A stretch of 64,000 nt of DNA from Bdellovibrionales bacterium Ga0074137 (GTDB lineage Bacteria; Bdellovibrionota; Bdellovibrionia; Bdellovibrionales; JAMPXM01): assembly GCA_001464715.1 (NCBI GenBank), contig LNDT01000029.1:1313-65312 (forward strand), written 5' to 3'. Positions 38,612 through 50,633 of the stretch are shown here, piece by piece (within the stretch, counting starts at the first letter, position 1; every line of letters starts with the position of its first letter). The position numbers were made by a program, and so were the translations under genes. The notes beneath the pieces are model-generated. The model did not search any database, was not told the origin of the DNA, and was given only the letters and a program-made list of their open reading frames with translations.

Positions 38612-39151
38612 CTAAACCTTTTTCGACGCTTTCGCCGCGCGAGGCTTCTTTGTCTTTGCTGCGGCTTTCGGCACAGAAGAAGTCTTTTTAGCAGACGAAG
38701 TCTTGGTCGAAGCAGAAGCTTTTGGTGCAGCGTCTTGCACCGCTGGTGCCTTCACGTCTTGCACCGCAGGTGCAAAACTCACATCTTTCACCCACTCGGG
38801 GACCCAGCGTTTGTTGAAGCGAACTTCGGAGTCCTGCGCTTTTTCGATGAGCTGTTTTCGGACAGTCTCGGCGCGCTCAAGAACAGATCGGCTCACGCGG
38901 CCGACGATATCGTTCGGATTTTTTTCGATCGCCTGAAGTGTTTGTTTCAAAAGCGCCGGGATGGACTCTTTCGTGTGAGAGAGACCCAAAAGAACTTGAT
39001 CGGCTCGATCTACAAACGGCTGCGCTTTTTCGACCAGCGGTCGAAGCAGCGGACGCAAATTTTCACTTTTTAGTTCCGACGCCAGTTTTGATGCTTTGAT
39101 CTTCGCTGCGGCTTTAAAACCGGGTTTTGCGCTGCTCGTGTGTTCTGACAT
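38612..39151 (-). CDS. Hypothetical helical protein with Lys/Ala-rich tail
   Basis: GAGGGGG RBS before MSEHTS; 24-nt tandem duplication (PAVQD twice); histone-like AAKTKKP tail. Confidence 0.7.
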   Translation of the reverse strand: MSEHTSSAKPGFKAAAKIKASKLASELKSENLRPLLRPLVEKAQPFVDRADQVLLGLSHTKESIPALLKQTLQAIEKNPNDIVGRVSRSVLERAETVRKQLIEKAQDSEVRFNKRWVPEWVKDVSFAPAVQDVKAPAVQDAAPKASASTKTSSAKKTSSVPKAAAKTKKPRAAKASKKV

Positions 39152-39194
39152 GACTGAATTCCCCCTCGAAAACTTTCGTCTCCGTTGGTGGGTA

Positions 39195-41054
39195 TCACGT
39201 GCGGTGGCCCCCGGCAATCTGGACATCCTGAATCATGAGCTGAATCGTGCGCGAACCTTGGTAGTGATTCCACTGCACTTCTGCGATCACCGACACACGC
39301 GAACCAAGCTCTGGTTCAGCGCCGGGTGGTGGCGAAAACCAAATTCCCTGAACGGCCTCAGCGCCCGCTTGAGCGAGTCTCAGCCTCAAATGCCCGCCCT
39401 TTAAGGTTCGCACTTGGGCCACCAAGCAGTCGTCGAAACGAAAAAGTGGAATTGGCGACTGCGCACCGAACGGACCCATATGCTCGTGCCAATTCATAAA
39501 CGAGGGGTTTAGCTCGGAGAAATGACTAATCGCATCGTACTCGAGCACAGATTCGCGAGCCGCACCCGCTGCACCTTGCGCTAAATACCATCGCTCCAAT
39601 GTCTCGCGGAATTCGTCGAAACGATCACGTTTGGCTTCAAACCCCGCAGCGACGGCGTGCCCACCGAATTGATCAAGACAGTCTGTCGCCGCGTCCATCG
39701 CATCTAAAAGACTGATCGACATTCCGTTCGGACCGCGTGCGCTTCCGACAATCGAACCCGCATCACCTTCGATCGCGCCAACGAAGGCAGGAAGTCCAAA
39801 ACGCTGACTAAAGCGTGTCGCTACAAGTCCGACAACACCGCGATGAAATTTGTCGCTCGCAATAACAATAGCACCGCGAGGCGCTCGGTCTTTTAAAAGG
39901 CGTTCAGCTTCATCGTCGGCGGACTTTTGCGACGCCTGCCGATCTTGATTGTTAGAGAGTACACGAGACACCAAGTCTCGCGCACGATCAGGATTGGATT
40001 CGGTATAGAGATCGAGCGGCTGAATTCCAGACCCCATGCGAGACAGCGCATTGAGTTTTGGCGCAAATCGCAACGCAACGTCTTGCGCGTTTAAGGGGCG
40101 CCCCCAAAGTTCGAGCGCTTTTAGTAGCTCGCGAAGGCCCGGTCGACTCGTCTCTGCCAGCTTTACAAGACCGTGCTTCACTAAAATTCGATTTTCGAAT
40201 TGAAGAGGAACAAGGTCAGTGATCGTACCAATCGCAAAGCAGTCCAAAAGTATTTTTGGATCAAAGGCGTCTTTGATAAGGCCTTCTTCCAAAAGCGCAC
40301 GACGCAGGGACAAGATCAGGTAAAAAATCACTCCGGTGCCACACAAATGCCCCAGGCCCGAAGTGCAATCGCCGCGGTTGGGATTCACAACCGCATGTGC
40401 TTTTGGAAGAATCACTTTGCCTTCATCGTGCTTTGGCAAATGGTGATCTGTAACAATGACGTCGATTTTAAGTTCGCGCGCTGTTTCGACTTCGTCCATC
40501 GCGGTGATTCCAAGATCGATCGAAATCAAAAGCGTGCAGTCAGTTTCCTTTTTTAGTCGCTCGATCGCTTCGCTGTGGAGGCCGTAACCTTCCGTCAGAC
40601 GCTGCGGTTGGTAGCCACGAACTTTTTCGAAGCCCAAAAGTTCAAAGGCCTGAAGCGCCATCGCAAGACCGCTTGTGCCATCAAGATCGTAATCTCCGTA
40701 AAGAACAATCGACTCTTGCTTTGTGCGCGCCTGAACCAATCGCTCAATCGCGCGGTCCATATCTTTTAGAGACATTGGGTCACGAAGCGACTTCAGCGAA
40801 GGCTTAAACCACTCGGCCGCCGCTTCGGGCCCGTCTATCCCACGTGAAAAAAGAATTTCGGCCAAAGATTTTGGAAGCCCTTGGGGCCAGTCTTTGAATG
40901 TGTCAGAGAGAGTAAAGTCCGGATCACTTGCGCTTCCGTGTGGCCTAGCCGATGAGGCTAAGTTTCGGCGGGCCCAGCGCCGCTGAGCTTGAGGGACCGT
41001 CGGAACATTTATCTGTGCCGACGGTTCGGGTGAAGGAGCGATATTCATTGTCAT
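39195..41054 (-). CDS. recJ: ssDNA exonuclease RecJ
   Basis: 'YGDYDLDG', 'EGYGL', 'TDHH', 'GSAR', 'FGGHAVAAG'. Confidence 0.97.
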   Translation of the reverse strand: MTMNIAPSPEPSAQINVPTVPQAQRRWARRNLASSARPHGSASDPDFTLSDTFKDWPQGLPKSLAEILFSRGIDGPEAAAEWFKPSLKSLRDPMSLKDMDRAIERLVQARTKQESIVLYGDYDLDGTSGLAMALQAFELLGFEKVRGYQPQRLTEGYGLHSEAIERLKKETDCTLLISIDLGITAMDEVETARELKIDVIVTDHHLPKHDEGKVILPKAHAVVNPNRGDCTSGLGHLCGTGVIFYLILSLRRALLEEGLIKDAFDPKILLDCFAIGTITDLVPLQFENRILVKHGLVKLAETSRPGLRELLKALELWGRPLNAQDVALRFAPKLNALSRMGSGIQPLDLYTESNPDRARDLVSRVLSNNQDRQASQKSADDEAERLLKDRAPRGAIVIASDKFHRGVVGLVATRFSQRFGLPAFVGAIEGDAGSIVGSARGPNGMSISLLDAMDAATDCLDQFGGHAVAAGFEAKRDRFDEFRETLERWYLAQGAAGAARESVLEYDAISHFSELNPSFMNWHEHMGPFGAQSPIPLFRFDDCLVAQVRTLKGGHLRLRLAQAGAEAVQGIWFSPPPGAEPELGSRVSVIAEVQWNHYQGSRTIQLMIQDVQIAGGHRT

Positions 41055-41099
41055 TCCCTCCGTACCGTCACTGTTGAAAACAAGAATCCAAAAGTTCAG

Positions 41100-42107
41100 T
41101 TAGGCCGTTGTCAGCTCCGTGTGAGGGAGACCGCCCGAGGGCACGACCTTTTCCATAACGATGATCAAAGGTGCAGCCACGTAGATCGACGAGTAGGTTC
41201 CGACAATAATGCCGATGATAAGAGTGAATGCGATATCCGCGATCACTCCGCCAGCGAACACATAAAGACCCAAACAAGCTAACATCGTCGAACCCGCAGT
41301 GAGGAACGTACGTCCCAGCGTATCGTTGATCGCTCTATTGATGATGAAGGAAAGTGGCTTTTCGCGAAACTGCGGCGCTGTCTCTCGGATTCGGTCAAAC
41401 GTTACGATGGTGTCGTTCAAAGAATAACCAATTAAAGTCAGAACCGAAGCGATGATCTGAATATTCACTTCACGACCAAGAAACGCGAACAATCCAAGAA
41501 TCATCAACGAGTCGTGCACCAGGCAAATGATGGCGCCCGGGGCGTAAACGTAATCGAAGCGAATCGAAACGTAGATTAAAAGCACCAAGAAGCTGTAGAA
41601 GGCCGCCAACATCCCGTTCTTCTTTAGCTCAGATCCGACCTGCGGTCCCACTGTATCGACACGGCGAATGCCCTCGGGCGAAAGCGAGAGCTTTGTGGTC
41701 AGCGCCTCTCGAACTTTCGCAAGAACCTCGTTGTTCTTTCGATTCTGTTCACTTTCGTCTTTTCCTTCTGGCGTACCAAGACGAATCAAAAATTCATTCT
41801 CACCGCCGAAGCTTTGAACGTTCGGAGACACGACGCCCGCACCTTGAAGCGTGGTTCGTACCTGCTCGGCCGTTGTCGGCGAAGCAAACTGAACCTGCAT
41901 CTCGGTTCCACCTGCGAAATCGATTCCGTAGTTGAAACCTTTTACGACGATGAAACCAATCGCAAGAAGAGTAAGAATTGTCGTAATAACGCCCATGAGT
42001 GGCGCAAGCTTTACGAAGTCATATTTGTAGCCGCGGTCTTGAGGCGACAAGCGGGCTTTGTCTGCGAGATTTTTAGAAGTCATATTTCCGCCGGGTTGTT
42101 GTGCCAT
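41100..42107 (-). CDS. secF: Protein translocase subunit SecF
   Basis: 'GIDFAGG', 'VGPQVG', 'GYSLNDTIVTFDRIRE'. Confidence 0.98.
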   Translation of the reverse strand: MAQQPGGNMTSKNLADKARLSPQDRGYKYDFVKLAPLMGVITTILTLLAIGFIVVKGFNYGIDFAGGTEMQVQFASPTTAEQVRTTLQGAGVVSPNVQSFGGENEFLIRLGTPEGKDESEQNRKNNEVLAKVREALTTKLSLSPEGIRRVDTVGPQVGSELKKNGMLAAFYSFLVLLIYVSIRFDYVYAPGAIICLVHDSLMILGLFAFLGREVNIQIIASVLTLIGYSLNDTIVTFDRIRETAPQFREKPLSFIINRAINDTLGRTFLTAGSTMLACLGLYVFAGGVIADIAFTLIIGIIVGTYSSIYVAAPLIIVMEKVVPSGGLPHTELTTA

Positions 42108-42116
42108 TGTCGTCCC

Positions 42117-43811
42117 CTACCACTTGATCGAAGGATTGAATTTTAATCGCAGAACCAAGAGGTCATAAACTGCTCGTGTGCAGAAGACTGCAGTGAACAA
42201 AGTGATGAAGAGACCCGTCATCAGCGTGATAGCGAAACCACGAATCGAGCCAGATCCGTAGTACATCAACACGACGCAAACCATGATCGACGTAACGTTC
42301 GCGTCGAAGATCGACGAGAAAGCTTTGTCATATCCAAGCGAGATGGCCGAACCCATCGAGACGCCGCTGCGGAGCTCTTCTTTAATGCGCTCATAAATCA
42401 GAACGCTGGCGTCGACCGCCATACCAAGACCCAGCGCGAGACCCGCAAGTCCCGGAAGCGTCAGCGAAGCGCCAAGCGCAGAAAGAACTGCGATCGTCAG
42501 CATCGTATTGAGACCCAGCGACAAACTCGCAATAAGTCCCGCTGTTCGGTAGTAGAGAATCATGAACAAAAAGACAAACCCAGCGGCGGCCATCGCGCCC
42601 ATCGTGCCTTTTTTAATCGCGTCCGCACCTACCGAAGGACCCACGGTTCGCTCTTCCAATTGCTCCAAAGCCGCCGGCAAAGCGCCCGACTTCAATGTGA
42701 TTGATAGAGTTCGTGCCTCTTTCATTGTCTCTTCGTAAGAACGGCTTCCAAGCGTGATCTGACCTTGTGTCGTGATCGGGCTTTGAATCACCGGGGCCGA
42801 TTTAACGATGCCGTCCAAAAGGATCGCCATCATTTGACCTTTGTGTTTCGTGGTCATTTCGCCAAACTGTCGTCCTCCGACAGCATCGAGGCGGAAACTG
42901 ACGACCGGTCGGCCAGTTTCACCGGGGGTGACAAAAGCGTCTGTCAAAAGATCGCCCGGAACCGTTTCCGTACTCATCAGCAAATGAGGAATACGACCCG
43001 CTTCCATAGTTTCAGCGTTCTCTGGCTTTTCAAAACGAACAATATTTCCGGCTGGGAGCTTACCCTTGAGAGCAAGGTTCAACTTTTCAACATAGGCCGT
43101 GTACTTGAGGTCGGGACCAAGTTTGAATCCACCCGTCTTTTCGGCTTCATCAATCAGCGCCTGAAGCTGAGGCTGAGGGAACTCTTGGTTAACGATCATG
43201 AAATCAAGACGAGCTGTTTTGTTGATGAGCTCTTTCGCGTTGACCGCATCTTGAATTCCAGGGAGCTGAACAAGAATTCGGTCGTCGCCTTGGGCTGCGA
43301 TCGACGGCTCGGCCACTCCGAATTCATCAATACGATTTCGAATCGTCTCGATCGAACGTTCAACCGTGCCTTTCGCAAATTCGCGAACATGAAGCTCGGT
43401 CATTTCAAAGACAAGACCGCTGCCAGCGCGACTTGAAGCGAATGTGGGACCGTAAATGTCTTCCACTTTTTTCGTGATCGCCGCATCACTGGCTTCAGGA
43501 GCAACAACAAGAATTTGTGGTCGATCGACTTCACCGCCAACCGAGATGTCTTGAAAAGAAATCTTCGCGTTCGTGAGCTCGTCGCGAACGGTGGCCATCA
43601 TGCGTGTGGCCTCTTGCTTGAGCGCGCCCTGAACGTCGACTCGAAGGACCAGGTGGAGACCACCTTGAATATCAAGACCCATGACCATTTTGTCTTGCGA
43701 CGGCCACCAGATTTTTGAAGTGTCGACGAAATTTGGTAACGCCCAAATGAGGCCCAAGACCGTGACCGCCGAGACAATAAAAAGTCTCCAGCCTAAGTTT
43801 TTATTCTTCAC
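42117..43811 (-). CDS. secD: Protein translocase subunit SecD
   Basis: 'GLDIQGG', 'RIDEFGVAEP', 'GMAVDA..IYERIKEE'. Confidence 0.98.
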   Translation of the reverse strand: MKNKNLGWRLFIVSAVTVLGLIWALPNFVDTSKIWWPSQDKMVMGLDIQGGLHLVLRVDVQGALKQEATRMMATVRDELTNAKISFQDISVGGEVDRPQILVVAPEASDAAITKKVEDIYGPTFASSRAGSGLVFEMTELHVREFAKGTVERSIETIRNRIDEFGVAEPSIAAQGDDRILVQLPGIQDAVNAKELINKTARLDFMIVNQEFPQPQLQALIDEAEKTGGFKLGPDLKYTAYVEKLNLALKGKLPAGNIVRFEKPENAETMEAGRIPHLLMSTETVPGDLLTDAFVTPGETGRPVVSFRLDAVGGRQFGEMTTKHKGQMMAILLDGIVKSAPVIQSPITTQGQITLGSRSYEETMKEARTLSITLKSGALPAALEQLEERTVGPSVGADAIKKGTMGAMAAAGFVFLFMILYYRTAGLIASLSLGLNTMLTIAVLSALGASLTLPGLAGLALGLGMAVDASVLIYERIKEELRSGVSMGSAISLGYDKAFSSIFDANVTSIMVCVVLMYYGSGSIRGFAITLMTGLFITLFTAVFCTRAVYDLLVLRLKFNPSIKW

Positions 43812-44233
43812 GCATTACCACCTTTAGCACCACTCTTTGAAGCGTCCGAAGCGGAAGCATTTTGCGTGATCGCTTGCACCGACGAAGAGATCGCCGAACG
43901 AAGCATTTTGACGCGAACGCCGTCGGAGATTTCAAGAGTTACAAATTGATCCGTGAGTCCCTCGACTCGACCGAACATTCCAGTCGAAGTGACAACTTCA
44001 TCACCGCGCTTCAGCGCAGAGATAAATCCCTGACGAAGCTTCTCGCGCTTTTGCTGAGGACGAAGAATGAGAAAGTAAAAAATTGCGACCATGGCAACAA
44101 GCGGAACCATTTGAACCCACGCCGGTGCTGCTTGGCCCGGAGCCGCTTGCGCCTCTGCTTGAGAAGCAAGAATCAACAGCGGCAAAACAACAGACAAACC
44201 TAAAACGGCCATCGAACGAACGGACTGAAGCAT
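43808..44233 (-). CDS. yajC: Preprotein translocase subunit YajC
   Basis: 'FYFLILRPQQK', 'LKRGDEVVT.TG'; synteny with secD. Confidence 0.96.
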   Translation of the reverse strand: MLQSVRSMAVLGLSVVLPLLILASQAEAQAAPGQAAPAWVQMVPLVAMVAIFYFLILRPQQKREKLRQGFISALKRGDEVVTSTGMFGRVEGLTDQFVTLEISDGVRVKMLRSAISSSVQAITQNASASDASKSGAKGGNA

Positions 44234-44305
44234 GCGGACTCCCTGAAGAAATTGTCGGATCGGTTGAGAGAATGTCTCCGCAAGGCCGCTATTGGCAACA
44301 GCGAG

Positions 44306-45946
<1,641 letters not shown>

Positions 45947-45950
<4 letters not shown>

Positions 45951-47815
45951 ACTAAAAGCCCCTCTTTTAAAACGTAGCGCGTGGCGCGAGTTTCACCGAG
46001 CCGAACTAAAAAACCAGAATCAACAAGCTCATTGAGATCTCGAAGTGCCGACGCTCGCGAGACACCGAATCGCTGGGTCACGTCACGGACCCCAATGTCC
46101 CCTCGTGTAGCAAGCTCGGATAGGACCTGCAACTGCCGAACGCGAAGCCTGCTTTTATTTTGATCTGAGTTCATCCGGGGACGCATTGATGAAATTTCAA
46201 GCGCTTTTCCAAATTGATGCGCAGGTTTCGGAGCAGGCCAAACCTTAATAAGAACCTGATCGCGCAGCGCCAAGCGATCGCCCTGAAGTTCGAGCCAATC
46301 ACTTCCCTCGCCCAAAGCTTTTCGAATGCGAGAGACCGCCACAGCTAAAAGTCGATCGTGTCGATCCGGTTCATAGCGATAGCCCCACACGGCTTCCACG
46401 ACATCCCGCTTGAGACACGAGCCGTGAGTAAGACGAAGTAAAAGCTTTCCCAAAATTCCGCCAAACCCACCGCGCGAAAGCCTCGCGTCACCCTCTGAGA
46501 GCGCGATCACTGTGTCCCCAGGCGCACCAAGAACGATCGCCGTCTGCGAAAAATTCAAATCAATCAGCGGAAGGAGTAGTCCAAAGTATCCTGTGTTCAA
46601 AAGTTCGACGTCGACTCCGCTTTGCCGATGGGCCACGCGGTCCATCAGATCTCCGAACGGATCTTCGGTGGGCCGAATTTCTTTTTTTCCGTCGCTCGAA
46701 TGATGGCGACGCTCAGAAAGTCGACGCTCGATCCATGACGAAGCTTCGGGCTGGCCAAGATTTGGTTTGGACTCTCGTCCGCTCTCGTACAGAACTTCGT
46801 TTCTGAACTCGGTAATTTTTCGATTCAAATCTCGATGGACATCGCTTAGCTGGGTCTCTCCAGAAAGCCCTTTTTCAGCGGCTAAGAGTGAAAACAAAGC
46901 ATCATCGGGCCGCTTTTCTAGTCTTGAAATCCAGGCTCTGCGTAGGTGAAGTGCTGCTGTCTGAAGGTAGTTTTGACTTCCGACGATATCCTCCGCTGCC
47001 GCTTCCAAAAAGCGTCTGGCTTGGCGCAATCGGCCCCGCAAAATTAATTGGCGAGCAATTTCCAAGCGAAGTTCAGAGCGCGAGTACGAGTCGTCAGGTT
47101 TTAAATCTATCAACGCTCTATGAAGACGCGCGACAATTCGGCTCGGGTCCAACCCGAAAACGGCTTCGTATTTTAATAGCGAAATCGTAATCGCGTCGCG
47201 AAAACCTTCGTGGCCAGTGCTTGTGGCTAGATCGCGAGCCTGCTTGAGTGCTTTAATACCTCTTCGGGCGCGCCCCGTTGCGACGAGGCTGTGGCCAAGA
47301 AGATCAAGACTAAGAATTCGAGCCAGAGGTTGAAGAGGGTCATCAGACACTTCGGCTGATTCCAAAGCTTCACGCGCTAACTTGACGGCCTCCGCGAAAT
47401 TTCCGCGGACGAAATCCAGGAAACCTTGCGCCTGGGATTTGTAGAACGAAATCAAATCCGTCGAAGAATGAATGTCCGTTAAACGCCGAATGAGTGCGGT
47501 CGATTCTTTGTAGCGACCGGCTCGAGAAAATCCGAGCGACAAATAAAACGCAACGATCGCCGTGCGCCGAGGTGAAGCCTTGTCAGAGAGAAGCCTCGAA
47601 CCAATTGCGAGAGCGCGTTCAAAGTCGCCGCGAAGAACCAAAGTGCCAACCAGAAGTTCGGACGCGCTGGCTTTTTGAAAGTCCGTAAGATGGAAAGCCG
47701 CTAGCCGTGACGATTCACCGCGCACGAACAGTTGAGCTAGCTGCTTGTAAGATACCTTCGCCACGTGCCCCCGCTCGCGGTGAAATCCGCGACTTGACCT
47801 CAGTTGATTTAACAA
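45947..47815 (-). CDS. Putative transcription regulator: TPR-like helices, OmpR-type wHTH and C-terminal DeoR-type HTH
   Basis: 'VVEAVWGY..LAVAVSRIRKALG' and 'FGVSRASALRDLNELVDSGFLVRLG.TRATRY'. Confidence 0.8.
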
Positions 47816-47928
47816 TAGAATTTAAGAGTGTCGCCCGTTTGCTTTATTACGCTTCATTTTTGAAATTAATAGGGACTGGAGAACTCCTGGAAACCCTTTT
47901 AATTCTGAATTTGAAGGGGGAGAACGAA

Positions 47929-48732
47929 ATGAATCGATCTCTTAATACTACTAAAATGACAGTTCGCCCGATGGAAACCGTGTTGCACGTGCTGACGTTG
48001 GGATCACTCTTATTTGCCTCAATGAGCGCCACGGGGTGCAATTACAACGACCTTAAAAACCCTGCGAACTTAAGTAGGCCCCGCTCGGAAGCTCCAGCGG
48101 GATCAAGCCCTGATGCCTCGGTGGACTTTGCCACCGTCAAGCGACTCGTTTTTGAACCTGCCTGTTTGAAATGCCATGGAGAAACGGCCGCAAAAGCCGG
48201 CGTTAGGCTTGATACCTATGCGTTCGCTTCAGCGGCCAGCAGCACAGTCCGCGCCGTCGTAAGCTCTGGCGACATGCCGCCACCGCCGCCAAGAGGCTCA
48301 ACACTTTCGGCTGAACAGCAATCACTCCTATTTGCGTGGATCGATAGCGGTTCACCAGAAACGGTCGAGATTTCCGATCCCGGCGATGTTCCGCCGGAGC
48401 AGCCTGAGCCACCGGAAGCTCCTGTCCCCGAACCTCTGCCGCAGACTCCGTCTGAACCGATGCCGCCGACTGCGCCTGAGCCACAGCCACCGGATTTCGC
48501 GTTTGTTTCGCAGAATGTCTTCGTTCCGCATTGCCTAAAGTGCCACGCGAGCGACGTAAAAAAAGGCGATGTTGACCTTGAGATCTATAGCGAAGCGGTG
48601 AAGAACTCGTTTGCCACGGGAGCGGCCCTCGACATCGACGATATGCCACGGCGCGCGCCCCCGCTCTCGCCGGAGCTCAAGAAAATCGTTTACGATTGGA
48701 TCGCTGCGGGAACGCCCGAGTTCGTACCGTGA
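47929..48732 (+). CDS. Diheme c-type cytochrome lipoprotein
   Basis: GGGGGAG RBS, lipobox ATG-C, two CLKCH domains each with a distal 'MP' motif and 'WI..G', Pro-rich linker. Confidence 0.88.
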   Translation: MNRSLNTTKMTVRPMETVLHVLTLGSLLFASMSATGCNYNDLKNPANLSRPRSEAPAGSSPDASVDFATVKRLVFEPACLKCHGETAAKAGVRLDTYAFASAASSTVRAVVSSGDMPPPPPRGSTLSAEQQSLLFAWIDSGSPETVEISDPGDVPPEQPEPPEAPVPEPLPQTPSEPMPPTAPEPQPPDFAFVSQNVFVPHCLKCHASDVKKGDVDLEIYSEAVKNSFATGAALDIDDMPRRAPPLSPELKKIVYDWIAAGTPEFVP

Positions 48733-48798
48733 GCTGACTTTTTTCCGAATTTTTCTACCAATTTTTTTCTATCAATTTTTTCGAGCAAGGACGTTTAA

Positions 48799-49410
48799 AT
48801 GACTATCAAATTCAAAACTTCAAAAAATATTTCGACCTTTGTCTTCGCATTTTCATTGCTTGCGCCAGTGGTGCTATCGTCGGTCCTGTCATCAGTCCTG
48901 ACGCTCAACGCTGCGGCTGCAAGTGTCGCTGGTCAACGGAACCTTTCCACAGGCGATGGAAAAGTTGAATTTCTAGCCATCGGGCGTCCGGGCTTTTTAA
49001 AAGTAAAAGGCGAGGGCGCCAAACCAAAAGGCACTGTCAAACTAGTCGATGGCAAAGCCTCCGGAGAGTTCACGGTGGAACTCTCGCAATTTAAAACAGG
49101 GATCGAACTTCGCGATGAACATATGAAGGATAAGTACCTCGAAGTCGGAGCACATCCCAAAGCCATTATTCGTTTTAGCGGCATTGAAGTAAAGTCCGGC
49201 GCTGGGAAAACAGTCGTGCCAGCCGAGCTCGAGCTGCATGGGCAGAAAAAACCTGTGTCTCTGGAGGCCAAGCTCGACGTACTTGTCGTTGAAGTAACAT
49301 TTAAGATTAAGCTCTCCGATTTTGGAATCGCGATACCAAGCTACGCTGGCGTCACCGTGGCCGAAGACGTTTCGATCACCGTTGGCTCGACGCTCGTAGA
49401 GTCACTTTAA
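48799..49410 (+). CDS. YceI family protein
   Basis: 'FKTGIELRDEHM', 'LELHG.KKPV', 'LSDFGI'; signal peptide. Confidence 0.92.
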   Translation: MTIKFKTSKNISTFVFAFSLLAPVVLSSVLSSVLTLNAAAASVAGQRNLSTGDGKVEFLAIGRPGFLKVKGEGAKPKGTVKLVDGKASGEFTVELSQFKTGIELRDEHMKDKYLEVGAHPKAIIRFSGIEVKSGAGKTVVPAELELHGQKKPVSLEAKLDVLVVEVTFKIKLSDFGIAIPSYAGVTVAEDVSITVGSTLVESL

Positions 49411-49460
49411 GAAACTTACGCGGGGCTGAGTCCCCGCTTCTATTTTTTGAGCGTGAGGTT

Positions 49461-50633
49461 TTGAAGATGACGCAAATGTCCCACTTACTTCGACATTTCG
49501 CTTTTGCCGTTTTTTCTGCTGCAGTGATCTCTGCAACGTCGGATTTAAATGTGGCGCAGGCTTTTCCAGAACTCACCCGCCACGGTTATGCCAGCTGCAC
49601 GGCTTGTCATGTATCGCCCAATGGCGGCGGCGTGCTGACGCCTTACGGACGAAATCTTTCGCGTGAACTTTTGAGCACCTGGGGAACACCGCGCGAGGCC
49701 GAGGTCGGACACGGCGCACTTCCCGCATCATGGATGGAAAAGTTAGACTCATCGAAAGTTCGCATTGGCGGCGACGCGCGCTTTATCCAAACACACCGCG
49801 AGAATAAGAATGTTCGCGCGGGTCAGTTTTTCTTTATGCAGGCCAATGTTGAAGTGGCCTATGACGAAGGACCCTGGGCCGTCGTCGTGTCGACAGGAAA
49901 AGTCGAAGACCCTCGCGGAAAAAATGAATTTAAGTTTGTCAGCACAAAGTACTACGGACTGCTTCGTGCGGGAGAAAGTTTTAATCTCCGCGCGGGTCGA
50001 TTCGCGACCGCATTCGGACTCAACCTTGCCGACCATACTCTCTCGGTGAGGCGACCTCTGGGCCTTGGCCCCGAGGTCGATCGCGATAACATCGAAGCGT
50101 CGTGGATCGGCGAGAAGAATCAATACTTCCTAAGCCTGATGGAGACTTCATCAAGCACGTCGGACTCGGATCGTGAGCGCGCAGTTGTTGGTCGCTATGA
50201 ACGCGTTTTGAACGAGCGTTCGCGCATCGGCGGTAGTTTTTGGCACGGTGATGGAGGCGGGACGACCACGGGTTTTTCACGTGATCTGGCGGGTCTTCAT
50301 ACGATTGTTAATGCCAGCGAAAGTTGGTTCCTCAGCTTCGAACTTGATCGGCAGTGGAGGCATGTGCGGCTGCCTTCTGGAACATCGACAACAGAATCTC
50401 AGTATGGTTTTTTAAGAGTGCACTATGAACCGGTGAAAGGCTTGTGGCCGCTTTTGCAGCTGCAACACGAGCGCGGCGACGTTGCCCTTGATTCAAGCGA
50501 AGTGAATAAATACGGGGCTGGATTTAATTTCTTTCCGCGCCCGCACTTTGAAATTTTCGGAATTTGGAACCGTGCAATTCGTCAGGACGAATGGAGCGAC
50601 GAGGCCTACTTGCTTCTCCACTATTACCTTTAG
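49461..50633 (+). CDS. Putative outer-membrane beta-barrel with an N-terminal CxxCH
   Basis: Signal peptide, 'CTACHVSPNGGG', amphipathic beta-strand pattern, C-terminal 'LLHYYL'. Confidence 0.75.
   Translation: MKMTQMSHLLRHFAFAVFSAAVISATSDLNVAQAFPELTRHGYASCTACHVSPNGGGVLTPYGRNLSRELLSTWGTPREAEVGHGALPASWMEKLDSSKVRIGGDARFIQTHRENKNVRAGQFFFMQANVEVAYDEGPWAVVVSTGKVEDPRGKNEFKFVSTKYYGLLRAGESFNLRAGRFATAFGLNLADHTLSVRRPLGLGPEVDRDNIEASWIGEKNQYFLSLMETSSSTSDSDRERAVVGRYERVLNERSRIGGSFWHGDGGGTTTGFSRDLAGLHTIVNASESWFLSFELDRQWRHVRLPSGTSTTESQYGFLRVHYEPVKGLWPLLQLQHERGDVALDSSEVNKYGAGFNFFPRPHFEIFGIWNRAIRQDEWSDEAYLLLHYYL

Noticed and set aside
38731-38774. 24-nt coding tandem repeats (also about 2708-2758)
   Set aside because: In-frame slippage duplications within low-complexity protein tails.
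48739-48783. Repeated AATTTTT(T)CTA tracts between the cytochrome and yceI genes
   Set aside because: Low complexity with irregular spacing; no function can be supported.
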